Positions 1-13,069 of a DNA stretch of 64,000 bases are shown here, piece after piece (the first letter of the stretch is position 1; each line of letters opens with the position of its first letter). Position numbers and translations under genes: made by a program. The stretch comes from Dicyema japonicum (Eukaryota > Animalia > Dicyemida), in the NCBI GenBank assembly GCA_011109175.1, contig RDEW01000039.1:217681-281680 (forward strand), in the 5' to 3' direction. The notes below the pieces were generated by a model. That model was not told where the DNA came from. It worked only from the letters and a program-made list of their open reading frames with translations, and did no database searches.

Positions 1-3000
1 CCAAAGTTTCAGAAGCTCTTAGAGAAGTTGATAGAATGGATGGAGATGGTTGACTAAGGGTATTTTATGATAATCAATCTGCTAGGTGGTTTCTTAAAAG
101 ATGCCTTGATATAAAGGCAAATAAATTAGAACTCGAATTCTAATTGATCGATAAGCGGATTGTTCCATAGATGGTTGAAATTTTGCATGGTAGACGAATA
201 ACTGATTGCAAAGGGAACAGGACATCATTGACATCATCAAATTTACGTACGTCGGTAGAGAGGTCTGTACATCGTAGACGAGCCAGGTTTCCCAGATATC
301 CCCCGGAAGAGAAGACTCTGATATTGGAGGAACACGTGTCAATAATCTATTCTAATTGATAGTAAAGTCATGCAAATAATATCTCATAGAAACCGATTCC
401 CAATTTAGTAAAATAATAGTGTCTCTATTATGGTTTGTTCAATATTATCGCAATTGTATACTTCTCCCGCAAACCTATATTGTTGCCTGCTCTCAATGAT
501 TAGTTTTTCAAGCTTTTGTTGGACGACCAGCAAAGTTATCATCGGCCTATTCTTGGGAAACATAGTAATCATTACTCTTTTTATGAGGATTCCAACTCAA
601 ACGAGTCAACATTATCTCAAGCTTATTGGCTTATATCCTAGTTCTTATAGTGAGATTCTCGCCTGCCAGTCCATCCTTTTTTTTTCTCAGGCGATTCCTG
701 CAGAGTCCAGCCTCCGAGCTTGTTCTTTTTAGGTACCGCAAGTCCCACCAGCGTTGTACAGAAGAGTATGTTTGACACACTAATTGGACAATAGTATCTT
801 AGTTTGATGTTGATGCCTTTTGGTTTAAGCCATAAATTCTTATTTTATCCATAAGCGCATTTGTCGTATGTAAAAATTGATAGCAAGACTTTTCACAGTG
901 TTAACTTATGTTTTAACAATAATATTTCATTAACAAATTAACTAAATTGATAATCGAATAGAAAAGATAATAAATTATAATATTTTTTAAACAACTAATC
1001 ATCGGTGAGGATTGCCATTATGAAAACTATTCAGCTAATGATGAAGTGATGTCTGCGACGTTGCTGCATGCGATATTCCACCACATATTCCACAGTCCGT
1101 GAAAACCAGTAGATCATCATTGACGATCTCTATTGATATAGTAAAGTGCAACATCGCGTCATTTAAGTTTGCCAACTCACCATGACAGGGTGAGTTGGCC
1201 AAAGCATGTGCAACACAAGAAACTTGTAAGACATCTTCCTCCACTTGCCCCAAGGGCAGCATTACTACGATAAGAGATGAAATTCTATCATGGAAATCAC
1301 TCTGTAGTTTCTGTTAGATGATCCAGATAGTTTAACGATGATGTTAAACAATAAAAAGAAAAGCAATGTTTAATATTTGAGTGATATTGATATACGGCTA
1401 CGTGCTATGTGTCTCCTGGAACTGGTGGATCACATGACACCTCATAAGAATTGAAGAAGGCAATTATCATAAAGGAACCCTTCGACCAGGTGGGTAGTGA
1501 TATGGGAATCGATTCCACTTCCACTCTCACCACTACGATACCTCTCTGAAACCATCAATACTAATTTCTTGGAGATACATTAAAGCATACATAAAAGTAT
1601 ATCACAAAGTTTCAGATTATAAAAATTGTATTAATGCCTTAGATTAGTTAGCATGACTGTTTTTACTTTTAAATAAAGTGTGAGTCTCCTTAAGCTGAGA
1701 TTCAATAATGGAAAGATTACTATTCGGAGGAAGAGTTAATAATAATGTAGGTTGATTTAAACGAATGTCAAAACCTCGTGAATAACGTAGATCAACCATT
1801 TATTGTTTGAGTCATGTAAAGTAATTACAGAGTAAGTACCACAACTAACCCAATACTATAATTTCTCTAGAATAATCTTCAAATCAATATTTCCAACAGT
1901 ATGTTTCCTAATATGATCAACAACGTATAAATGTGTATTTATATTATCTCTTACAAAATATAACCGCATAATTATTAAATTTGTTTAAACCTATACAATT
2001 TACAGGAACTGTGTCCATAAATGATTATGCTTGCTATTTTCTATAAAGATATTTGAAGACTTTAGTTTTATATACCCTGGTTGAACAAGAAGACTCCAAA
2101 AGAACATATTTTCCTAGATATTTTATCGTCTTCCAACTGTCAGAAGTACTCCTTATTTAACTTTGATTTTCATTATTAGGTCGGGAGGTTCCATGTGGTT
2201 GAAGTTTTATAGAGGAATTCGAACGAGGTGTTAAAAGTAACGAAAAAGGTTTATCGGTTCTTTGAGTGACGCAGGACTTGTCTTCTGTTATATAAATAAA
2301 TGTATTATTTGTGTAAAATCTGAAGAACTAGGAATAGTCGAATAACTGAAAAGCCAAGTTTGAATTTCTGTCACGTTGTATTAAAGAAACAGCGAGGAGC
2401 GTAAGGATATTTGTTTAATACTGGATATACTGGACAAAGGTTAAGAGTTAATTAAAGTCAAGTTAAGATATATACAAAGTTCTCACGGTTGGATGACACA
2501 CATCCTTACCAAACATCACTTTTATCCATCGTCTCCATTGTTAGAATCCTTTAGTGGTGCAGAAAAGAGATAGATTTTTTGAATTTTTAATGAGTACGTG
2601 AATGAAAATTTTCATCTTATGATTTCCAATGTCCAATTAATTCAAATTATAGGATATTAATGGGTATTAATTTGTATCATTAGTATTAAATTTTCTTATT
2701 CATTTTAAATTTTTAAATTTATTGAACAATTAGCATTACCTATAGTGGAAATCTCTGTTATAATTGACTGCCCAGAAAGATCAACTTAACGTTAAAAGGA
2801 AAAACTTTCTATAGGTCTTTAATATAGTTACTTTTATATCCATAACCAACTGCTAATGTATCCTTTATGAAATTTGGTTTAAACCATATCGAGCATTCTT
2901 CAACTAATAAAGAGATTGGATTTCAAACAAATTGCATGTAGGAAAAAAACAGCCGACAAGAGAAATGGTGAGGAAATAATTATGCGAACCAAATATCAAT

Positions 3001-4399
3001 AAACGGAGATTTAAATAAGATAATTATACCAAAACAAGGTAATAAATGGAAAACTCAATATAAAAATATAAAACTCAATATTTTAGTAATGACTTAATTC
3101 ATTAATCGATTAATATTTATTTAAGAATTAATTAAGTATTGATTGACGCTGAGTTCTTTCTAAAGATATCCAAGGAGATCAACTAAAGCAGATTATGGGT
3201 TTCGGGGACGTCATAGCTTCTGAGTGTACATATACGTTTAACACTATTGACTTCCATACACCAATTATCGACTGATAATCGATAAGTTAGGTGTAAAAGA
3301 CAACGAGTGGCACAATATTAAAATATTTTATTGTGTTCAGAAATTATTTAATAGACATTATTATAAATGCAAGACAAATTCAAGATAGTTTACTCAAACA
3401 TGTAAGCTTTTAGTGTTCAACTATACGATAAAATACCTTCTTAAATGAACGTGATGATTTGGATCTGACAGTCGTTGTTTGAATCCAAATAACGGACTTT
3501 TCAGCTAAGGTCAATTCTCACAAAACAGATCCCACCCGTAAGGCTACAAGTTCTTCTGGAACGACACAGTTGTCGAAATTGATCTTCCTATCATCTCTTA
3601 GGCCAAATCCACTGGTGGAGATAACCATTGTCAAAACTCTTTCGGCTAAGAATGAAGTATTCTCCGGGATGGTAGGACGTGTGATGAAAATGGAAAAAGG
3701 CGAACCTATTTTTTCGTTTCTCTTTTAAAGCGTAAGCCTGTAATGGACAAAGTGGATAGTTCTTCGTCTAGTAATACATTTTAAACGAGACTGTTTTTGA
3801 TCAACAATTATTTTTAAACCAAAGTAATATAGTAATTTATTTAATGCCAAGAAAATCACAAATTCTTAATAAATATTCTAAATTAACATCATATTTAGCA
3901 CGTGTATGAAAATTTAAATTTTAAACAAAAAGTTATCTGATTTCCAAATCTCAGACATTTCGTTGTTCCGTATTCCTGTTATGATTGACTGTCCAGGAGG
4001 ATCAACTAAAGGTTAAATAGACAAACTTTCCATAGGTCTTTATAGTTATTTCTAGCTGAGATATTTATATCCATAGCTGCCTTATGTATTTTTTATGAAA
4101 ATTGGTTTAGACAATATCAACTTTTATCAATTATAGTATTTACAATTCAATTATAGTAATCAATTTATTTTATTAAAATTACTGAAATTAGAATAACTAA
4201 AAGTAAAACGTGGACTAATCAATATTTTAAGAATATAAATATATTGTGACGTAAACTACCTACAACAGCAGTTTACAGTTCCTACGTATTTTCCATAATT
4301 AATTTGATAGAGGCAACAGATGGATAAGAATATAAATATATTGGATTTAAATAAGAAGATAATTATACCAAAACGAGGTAATAAATGGAAAATTCAATA

Positions 4400-5120
4400 T
4401 AAAAAATAAATTTACAAAAATATGTATTAATGAAACGATATTTGTTGGGAAATTACAGAGTAATTACTGGCTCTAATACCGTAATAATGTCGCCTTTTAA
4501 TACAACAATTTTCATGTTGTTGATTGAGGGCTGTCATAAATATAATAAAGCAAACATTAAAATTGTGATTTAAAGTAAAATATAAATTTACACAAATATG
4601 TATTAACGAAACGTTATTGATAGGAAATTACAGAGTAATTATTGGCTGCAATACCGTAATAATGTCGCCTTTTAATATAACATTATTTCATCTTATTTAT
4701 TGTGGGCGGTAATATATATAATAAAGCAAACATTAAATTTGTGATTTGAAGTAAAATATAAATTTACAAAAATATGTATTAATGAAACGATATTTATGGG
4801 AAATTACAGAGTAATTTCAGGCTCTAATACCGTAATAATGTTCCCTTTTAAATCAACAGTATTTCATGTTGTTGATTGAGGGCTGTCATCAATATAATAA
4901 AGCAAACATTAAATTTGTGATTTGGAGTAAAATATAAATTTACAAAAATATGTATTAATGAAACGATATTTATGGGAAATTACAGAGTAATTTCTGACTC
5001 TTATACCGTAATAATGTTGCCTTTTAATACAACAGTATTTCATGTTGTTGCTTGAAGGCAGTCATAAATACTATAAGGCATGCATTAAAATTGGTTGTTT
5101 AAAGTAAAATATAAATTTAC
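4400..5120. repeat. Tandem array, about 4 copies of a 175-176-bp unit
   Basis: The anchor gaaattacagag occurs at 4449, 4624, 4800 and 4976. Confidence 0.92.
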
Positions 5121-5899
5121 AAAACTAGTATTCTCTTTTTTGTAGAGTAACTAGTATTCTCTTGGCACAAATATATTTTACTCACAAGAATATATACTGT
5201 AATATAGAAAACCTTGGTATCATTTAATCAAGCATTCAGACGACTCCCGTTGCTGGTATTATTCGATCTCCTACACTCCAAGGTTCATCAGTTGATTAAT
5301 GTTCATCCTCGTCGACATTTGTCACTTCTCGTCTGTCTTTGATTATTTTTATAGCTGAGGACATTATTTTTTTACTTTTTAACTACGTTATCTTGGACTG
5401 AAATCTTTTAAGTTCTGGTCTCATTTCTATAAGTTTTCCATATGCTAGAACGGAGTCCAAAAAATAACCAAAAACTTCTATAATTTTGGACAAGCAAGAA
5501 CAATACTATGTGAAGCCGGGGTTTTATTGAGATGGGGTTGTTCTGTACCTTCTGGCAGAACGCAAAGTCTGATGCCATTAGATCTGAAGGTCTTGTGATC
5601 GAATACGATAGATGGAGTTTTCTGCGAAGGTCAATTCTAGTCAAGCAGATCCCACCCGTGAGGCGACAAGTTTTTCTGGCGTGATCAGTAGTTGAAAGGG
5701 ATCTTCCTACAATCTCCCTGAAAAAATCCTCTTGTGAAGATTATCCATTATGAAAACTTTTCCACTGAAGTATAAAGTGATTTCCGCGACGGATCATCTT
5801 TCCTTCTGAAATTATAAAACATAGATTTTTGTGTTGTTATTTCTGTTTTAAATAAAAATACACACTATCAGTCTTTTCGAAGATAAGAATTCCAAATTG

Positions 5900-7170
5900 G
5901 ATTCTAAAACAGATAAAAGATGTACGAATTTAAAGCAAAATTAAAAAATAGCGTGACACAAATAATTGCTCACTTTTGTCGTGAATTCTAAATGGAGGTT
6001 ATATGCAGTTCCCTGAAAAAACATTTATCAGATTTCGTAAAAGGGATGATTATTGGCCATTTTAATGAAAGAAAAACCATCAGAGAAATTTCCCACATTC
6101 TCAATTTATCATTTTCAACTGTTTCGTTTAACATCAGGAAATATCTTAAATGTGGATATTTCTCGACAGCCTGGATCAGGACGTTTGCCGAAATTAAATT
6201 TAATACATTCTGAATTTTTATATATTGAATCCAAAAGTCAACCGACGTTGTTGGTGCCAGAATTATCCGCAATAACTAAGGAAAAATTTATTATTACCAT
6301 TTCCCCACGGACAATTACCAGAACATTAAATCGAAATGGATTATACTATAGACATGCTAAAAAAGCCATTTATATCCCAAAAAATATTGATTTGAGATGG
6401 GCTATTTTAAAAAAATTTATTTTTTCTTTCGGATGAGACATTATGAAGAATCAATTGGGTAAAAATTACCCAAAAAATATATCAGAGCAAAAAATAAAGC
6501 TCAATAAAAATATGGGAATCAATTCCACCGAATTTTTGTAAAAAATTAGTCATGTCAATGAAAGAAGGGCTAAAGGAGGACAAATACCGTATTAAATATG
6601 GATTCTTTAGTTAATTTCTAATTTGAGCAATTTATTTTGTCTTAGTAATTTTTAAGTTTGCTTTAAATTCGTTAAATAAAGCGAATAAATAATAATAATT
6701 AAGCACTACCGCGTGCCATAAGCACGTAAAATGCCTAGGGTTTCGCTCGTGCAGAACACACACTTTATTTTAGTAAAGAACAGTTATTATAACTAATCGT
6801 AGAGGGAGAACCAAGGAATGCTATTCACTTCTTCCTTTTTTTTTCTTGTGTGCATGTCGTTTTGACTGTCCAGTTCCGCAGTGAATCTCCACTGATGACG
6901 GCGTCACTTGTCAAGCCCTTTCCGCAGCTTGACAAGTTTCACTTTCCGCATCGTAGAGCGTGGAACCTTCCACCAGGTAAACAGCAGCGAAGATCGAACC
7001 CGTGACCTAAGCCACTTTAGCCCGACACCTAGCCACTATTCCGATATTTAAGTTAAAAAAATAAAATTAATAGATTAGACCAAAAATGAGCTCAAAGATT
7101 TTAATTTTATTAAATTTCAAATAAAAAGAATAAAAATATTGATGAACAATTTTCATTGACCGGTACTGTA
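5900..7170 (+). mobile_element. Tc1/mariner transposon remnant (N-terminal HTH; catalytic domain deleted) carrying a SINE insertion
   Basis: IIGHFNERKTIREISHILNLSFSTV..GSGRLPKL..ISPRTITRTLNRNGL. The right end reads accggtactg|TA (7159-7170). An inner inverted repeat acgaatttaaagcaaa lies at about 5925 and 6655. The left terminus was not found. Confidence 0.75.
6836..7042 (-). mobile_element. tRNA-derived SINE
   Basis: The minus strand has an A-box (tagtggctagg), a B-box (ggttcgatc), a core gaaggttccacgctctacgatgc shared with 56114-56275, an 11-bp perfect hairpin (6906-6937) and an A-rich tail. Confidence 0.7.
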
Positions 7171-7229
7171 TTTGTTGGGATAATAGGTTGCCCAACGAAC
7201 TCTGAGAACTAAAATATGGGAATTTTTTA

Positions 7230-7936
7230 AATCACTGGTAATGAATGTGTTAATATCATGAGTTCTTTTAATAGAACACTAAAGCATAACATACCATCTT
7301 CCTGACCAACTCCACTGGTGAAGATTACCATTATAAAACTATTCCGCCGAAAATGTAGTGATGTCGGCAACGATAGGACGTGTGATGAAAATTGAAGAGG
7401 CGTACCTACTTCTCCACTTCTCTTCGGAAACGGAAGCCTGTAATAGACTATTGGAGTATGGATTTTGTTATCACAAGCAGACATTCTCCTTTGGATCCTT
7501 GTTTAGATTAATTAGTTGTTATTGGTTTCGCTGGGATTACCCAGATTGTAAGCCTTGGGTTAACGAATAAAATAAAGGTGGCTGATGAAGCTATCATGTT
7601 GCAAAATATAACGAGAAAAATTCAAAATAATAGTGACGATTGAGTGAAAATGAATAGCTGACAAACGCTTTTGCTCATAGACTACATACTTATCAAAAAC
7701 TTGTTGATCTAAATTCCTAAGAGAAGCCTTATATGTGGAAATTTGGTGAACCTTGTAATCCCCAGCATTCCATTAAGATACGAGAACAACCAACTGATCC
7801 AATAGCACTTCAAATGTCAATGTCGAAATCGTAAGAAGGAAATGCTCTCAATGAGATCTTCTTTAGAATTTATAAACTTTTAATAAAATAATAGATGTAA
7901 ATAAATATGAAATTAATGAAAAATAAATAAATTCAT
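7230..7936 (-). pseudogene. Decayed member of unknown protein family 1 (other copies at 3440-3780, 5250-5770, 10560-10990, 14615-15700, 19010-19210)
   Basis: Hydrophobic N-terminus MNLFIFINFIFIYIYYFIKS. Shared motifs IGSVGxSR, KVHQ(I/V)STYKASLR, SITGxRF.R and VFIMVIFTSG, with multiple stops and frameshifts. Confidence 0.45.
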
Positions 7937-10900
7937 AGGTTCTAATGTTATTAAACTTACAATAAATATGTTAATAAATATATGTCATCTAAAGATAATT
8001 TCATAAAGATCGACTCCATACATCCATTTGATCCAAAAACTACCATTAAATACTATTTTATAAAGTAAAATTTTCATTTTTCTAATTAAGTGAGCTGCCC
8101 TCGTGGTCACGAATTTGTTTCAATCTAATATTAATATAAAAAAATGCAAATTTATTTTAAATAGAGATCTGCTCTCATAGTCCTTAGCTTCAATTTGATC
8201 TCAAAAATATCTTTCTTATCCTTATTTTTGAACATNACTTATATTTATAATTGTAACGTGCTAATATCATTCTATATGACATTTAATGTTGCGACTGAGG
8301 TTCCACTATTGACTACATGTAAATATTACTTTAATTACTTAACATTTCATTATGCCTGTTATTTTCTATTTAAAGGTCTTTGGTTCTCTCATTATCAATT
8401 TGCAATTAATGTGGGACCGATTACTTAGGAGTTACATTCATTAATACGGGGAATGTTCACAATTTAAATATATTTAAATTATTCAATTTTAATAGTATAA
8501 ATCATAATAATGTTGGTTGATTTATCATCATCAACCATTAATGTACGAACCTATGGTCAGGAATTACTTTCCGTTGTAAGGCCGATATGTTAATAATTTT
8601 AATATAAATTTAAATCAAAATTTAACTATTATATAATGTCGGTTAATAGTTTACAAACAAAAGTCAAAAACCTTGTTAAATCGAGTAGATTTTTAATATC
8701 AATCATTTATTGTTTGAGCTTTGGTAAAGCAAGTACAGAGTAATTACTACAACAAAGCCAATATTAACATTAAATACTTCAATATATTTAAACATAATAA
8801 CCAGATTCTACCTCAGAGAATGTTTATTTAAATTAGTAAATTATTACCTTCAATTGTATTTATAGTTTAGCTTACATATACATGTAATTATTACATTTAT
8901 TTAAATAATACATTTCACAATAACTGTTGTGTAATCTATTTTTAATATTATTAGGGAATAGAGTCGACTTGCATTTGGAGAAAGAGAATTGGTATTTTGA
9001 AAGTGAACTCCTAAATGTGAGAAGAGTTCGTCCATAGAATTGGATGAATATCTGCGATAGCGAATTGATCTGAATTTATTTGATTTTTATGATTTTTAAT
9101 ATTTCGTGATATTATTTATGTTTTAATCGAAGGATTATACAACAAATCATTAAACTACTATTTACTGATTTTATCGATATTTACAAAGTTTTAGGTCAAA
9201 AATAATATGATAGTGAGAGACCAAAATCTCCTCCCCCATCACCACTAAAATTGATATTAATTAATTTTCCTTCTGTTCATGACATTCAGTGCCTGTTAGA
9301 CAAAAAAGAATATTTTTCTTCCCCACTACATTTGAGGGGTTCGCACAATGTTGGCTACGGATGGAAGTGATGATTGTAGTTGAGAATCCAACTCTAACCT
9401 TGGAATTGGATTACTTAGTTGAGGACTCGTTCTTTTTCTTAAAGCGGTAATCCTACAATAAATAAAACAAACCTTAACACTTATGTTTAATGATAACCGA
9501 ATTTATGAACTAAGAATTTTAAAGCAATAAAAATTGACGAATCACTTAAAGGAGGAACGCCTTATTATAAATTCCTTCCAGTCGGCTTAATTTTTTAACG
9601 TGTGTGGACTGGATGAAGAACCTAATTCATCTCAATTTACTCGATCTCTACTGATTTTGAAATAGAATCCCGGTCATGTGTATTGTAGGAACTACTTGTT
9701 ACTTCATCAACTTATCTGAAATCCTCCAATTTCGTCTAGAGTGGCATCCGATACTTCTTTGTATACAAGAATTAGCATATTCGTTATCTCATGTGTCCGA
9801 GAAGGTGAACAACAAATTACATCATTATTGAGATGAAAACATTAAGTTAGCTAATCTGTGCTATCGTGAATAAGAAGTACACCTGTAGCTCAACCATTCA
9901 ACAAATTTGCCACTAAGCAGAATGGTAAGGTCACTACATCAATGTCCAAATTTAACCGAGGATTACTACTTGAGATCAATATATTATGTTGCTTCTATCA
10001 AGTTAAGACAAAATTTCCAAATCTCATGACTTCATTTTGTCATCGGTAATTCTTTCGTTCAAAATTATTTCAAATTAATATTAAATAAGAAAAATATGAA
10101 ATATTGAGTGGATAGCGAAAAGTATGAAAAGTCTGACGGTTTTTTTTGTATCTACAATATCACCACAAAAAGGAGAACTTGACTCCTTATAAAATGTCTT
10201 TCCAAGATCCTAACTGTGAAGCGACGAGTCATTCTAGTTATATTAAATTTAAATTTATTGAACCATAAAAACACCGTCATAGCTAGAATGAAAAATTCAG
10301 GTAATCCAGGCCTCCTTCAATAGTCATCGATACTCTGACTTGAAGGAACGCCATGGAGAACTTTTCTGGATGGTTGTTGACTAATGGTTTATTTTGGATA
10401 TAATTTAGGATTATATCTGGCGCCACCAGAGATGGTGAACCACACGACACACATTAACAATTCAATCTCCGTAGAGCCAAAAGTTAAGGGGAAAACAGAA
10501 GAAAAAATAAAAAACCTTCAATTCATGTAGCCACATTTACCACATTAACGTTGACTACACATGAAGGGGATCTTCATACTTTTTTCCAGACTAAAACAAC
10601 TGGTGCAGATTACAATTATAAAACTCTTCAGACTGAGAATGAAGTCAACGAAGGTAGAAAAATGCACTGACTTACTTCTCCATTTTTCTTATGAAATGGG
10701 AGCCTGTAATGGACTACTGAAGGATGGATTTGGCCGCCACGTTCCTTACTTGGATTAATAGGTTGTGACTGTTTGCGTGGGGCTTATCAAAGATTGTAAT
10801 CCTGGGGGTAACAATAGTCAGTAGAAGCTATAGGTATGACTTGTGATAACTAGCTATTCACCCTCGATCAACGCCTTATCAATAACAATGTTGTTTGAAT

Positions 10901-11169
10901 AATTTTCGATGTAAATTCATGAGAATTATTATATCCAATTTATTTGTGCTTTAAAAGTTAATCACATTAAGGATATGCAAGCTGAATTCTTCTCCTCTTT
11001 GGGCATTGGCCCTTTATATCACCCTCACTGTTCCCTCGTATACAACTTGAGAAAGCAAATCACTAGACAAGACAGCTGTTTCTCTTGGTTCCTCTTCGAC
11101 GTCACCTCCGAGTTCAGAGCCTCTTGATATAAGATGATTAGTCACTCTTGTAACCTCATCATCATAGTT

Positions 11170-13000
11170 ATAACTTTCAGCCCATGTCTATGCTCGATTA
11201 TCATGCTCTCTAAAGTTTTTTTAATCGTCATTGATTGGATGTACGCTCTTGTAGAGACATCCACGTTGAGTCTTTCCACATAGGAGTTGTAGTACTTTGT
11301 TACTACTCCATCCATGTCAAAACAATCGGAATTATTGTCACCTTGGCCTTGTGGATTTGTGCTAGTTCTCCTGCCAGAAAGTTGTATTTGTGGAGTTTTT
11401 CCACTTCAAAATGTTTTAGCAAATCTTGGGAAATGATCCCTACTTCTATTAGTATTATTTCGTTCTTGGATTTATCGTGTACGAAAAATCAAGTTTGTTA
11501 TTTTTAACTTGCTTATCCGTTTGAAGTGTTGTGTCGAGTCGTATTTCAACTTTACTGTTTGACACAATCGATTGGACTGTATGCGTCTTTACCCTCTTGC
11601 TTCTTTTTATTCCAAATTGGCGACATAGTTGTAGGTGTATACATCTTACAACTTAGTTGTGTCGCCACATATACGCAGCTAGTACATCATGTAGCCGGGT
11701 GATCCACGCACTTTTTGGCCATGCCACAATAACTGCAATTTGGTTTCATCTTTTCAAAAAACAGATTCCGATCCTGTATCATGCAGTACATTGCTTCCGA
11801 CCTTTGACTATTGTTTCCCCCAGTAAGCCATTCTGTTGATCCATTGATGTCGACATTCGTATTTTCAAAACACTTAAATATAATTGAATGAAGCAATTTC
11901 TTACTAGTCTTCTCCAAATAAATTTTTTTTGATATTCCTTTATAATGTCAGTGTTCAAGTTAGATAGGTCATCCACATATACGCCGGATTTCTAAATCAA
12001 TAGTTTTAAATTCACGTGGTTCAATGTCGATAAGCCCAATTAATAATTATATAGCGAAGGTGCGTATTCATCTATCGCTTTAAATAAATGTACAGCGTTT
12101 AATTTCGAATTCGCCAGCATCTCTATCTTTTCTTCACATTTTCAGCAATTTTTTCCATAACTTTATCTTTCATAACCTTACTCCCTTTATCTTCTAACAT
12201 TCCAAGTTAGTGATATTCCTCACAACCATTTAGATATCAGTTCCTTTGATTTCTTATATCCATCGAGCATAAAACATCAAACGTTTTCTCCCTTTCTTCC
12301 TTGACTGCTTCCCAGTAAACCCATAGACTAGACACAATTTTCTTTGAATTTGTCAATTCTCTTCTCCACGTTTCCCTCCAAAAGATTTTTACTAATTGCT
12401 TCTTTGTAAAATTGTCATATGCGCATTGTGCAGCATAAATAATGTCAGTTATCTCATTCATGTCCGCTGGGGGAGATGATGACACATAATTTGATATCAC
12501 TGCATTTAACGTAGTAAGAACATCCTTTTAAGCAACTTATATGTAATCTTCTGTGTAGGTTTACTGATTTGACTCTCTCAATTTGAACATAAAATTATTT
12601 TTGCATCTTCCTTAGATGGAAATTTCTGTTTTTGGTAAGTTGTTCTCAGCCTCCTGATCCCATTAAAGCATCTCGAATTTTCTGGTCCACGGGCGTCTTT
12701 TTATTAGGCTTTACATTCATTATTTTTCTAACTTTTATGAGTGGAGAAACGAGTATTGAATTGGTGGACGATGAGACTCCATCCACCGAGGGATTCTCCA
12801 GTATCTCCTTTTCGCAGAGTTGACAACCATAGAGATCCACTTGATCTTATCACCTGATCGAATCTCAGTTATTAATGCTTTGAGGGACAGCAGATGAGCA
12901 GGAACATTTCTCACAGGAGATCGTATGCTAGCTTTATTGGCATCATGTAGTCTTGAAGACACACTTCTCATTTCTAATTGGTTTCTATCTTCAATATTCT
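11170..13000 (-). mobile_element. Degenerate, internally deleted R4-like RLE retrotransposon of a second subfamily
   Basis: The minus strand encodes IIYAAQCAYDNFT (cf. VLYAAQITYEELT), WLTGGNNSQRSEAMYCMIQDRNLFF..CSYC..VDHPAT (cf. WLKYGDNSPRSEALYTYMQDRNIFW..CPLC..IDHLAT) and DGVVTKYYNSYVERL..RAYIQSMTIKKTLES. The RT core is missing. Confidence 0.8.
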
Positions 13001-13069
13001 CTGTAAGATGACCCTCAGGATTTGTTTTGCAAACTGGTGAAAACAGACATACACACCACCACTATAATA

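Noticed and set aside
4400-5120. CRISPR-like interpretation of the regular repeats (also 35060-35270)
   Set aside because: The whole units are homologous with no unique spacers, there are no cas genes, and the context is eukaryotic and intron-containing.
8230-8240. Ambiguous base n at 8236
   Set aside because: An assembly artefact with no biological meaning; the ORF spanning it is unsupported.
3700-10690. Stop codon at the same position in three family-1 copies (EK*VRLF) as a sign of stop-codon reassignment
   Set aside because: IQGAP translates under the standard code with no in-frame TAA/TAG in its exons. A shared ancestral stop or a wrong frame is more likely.
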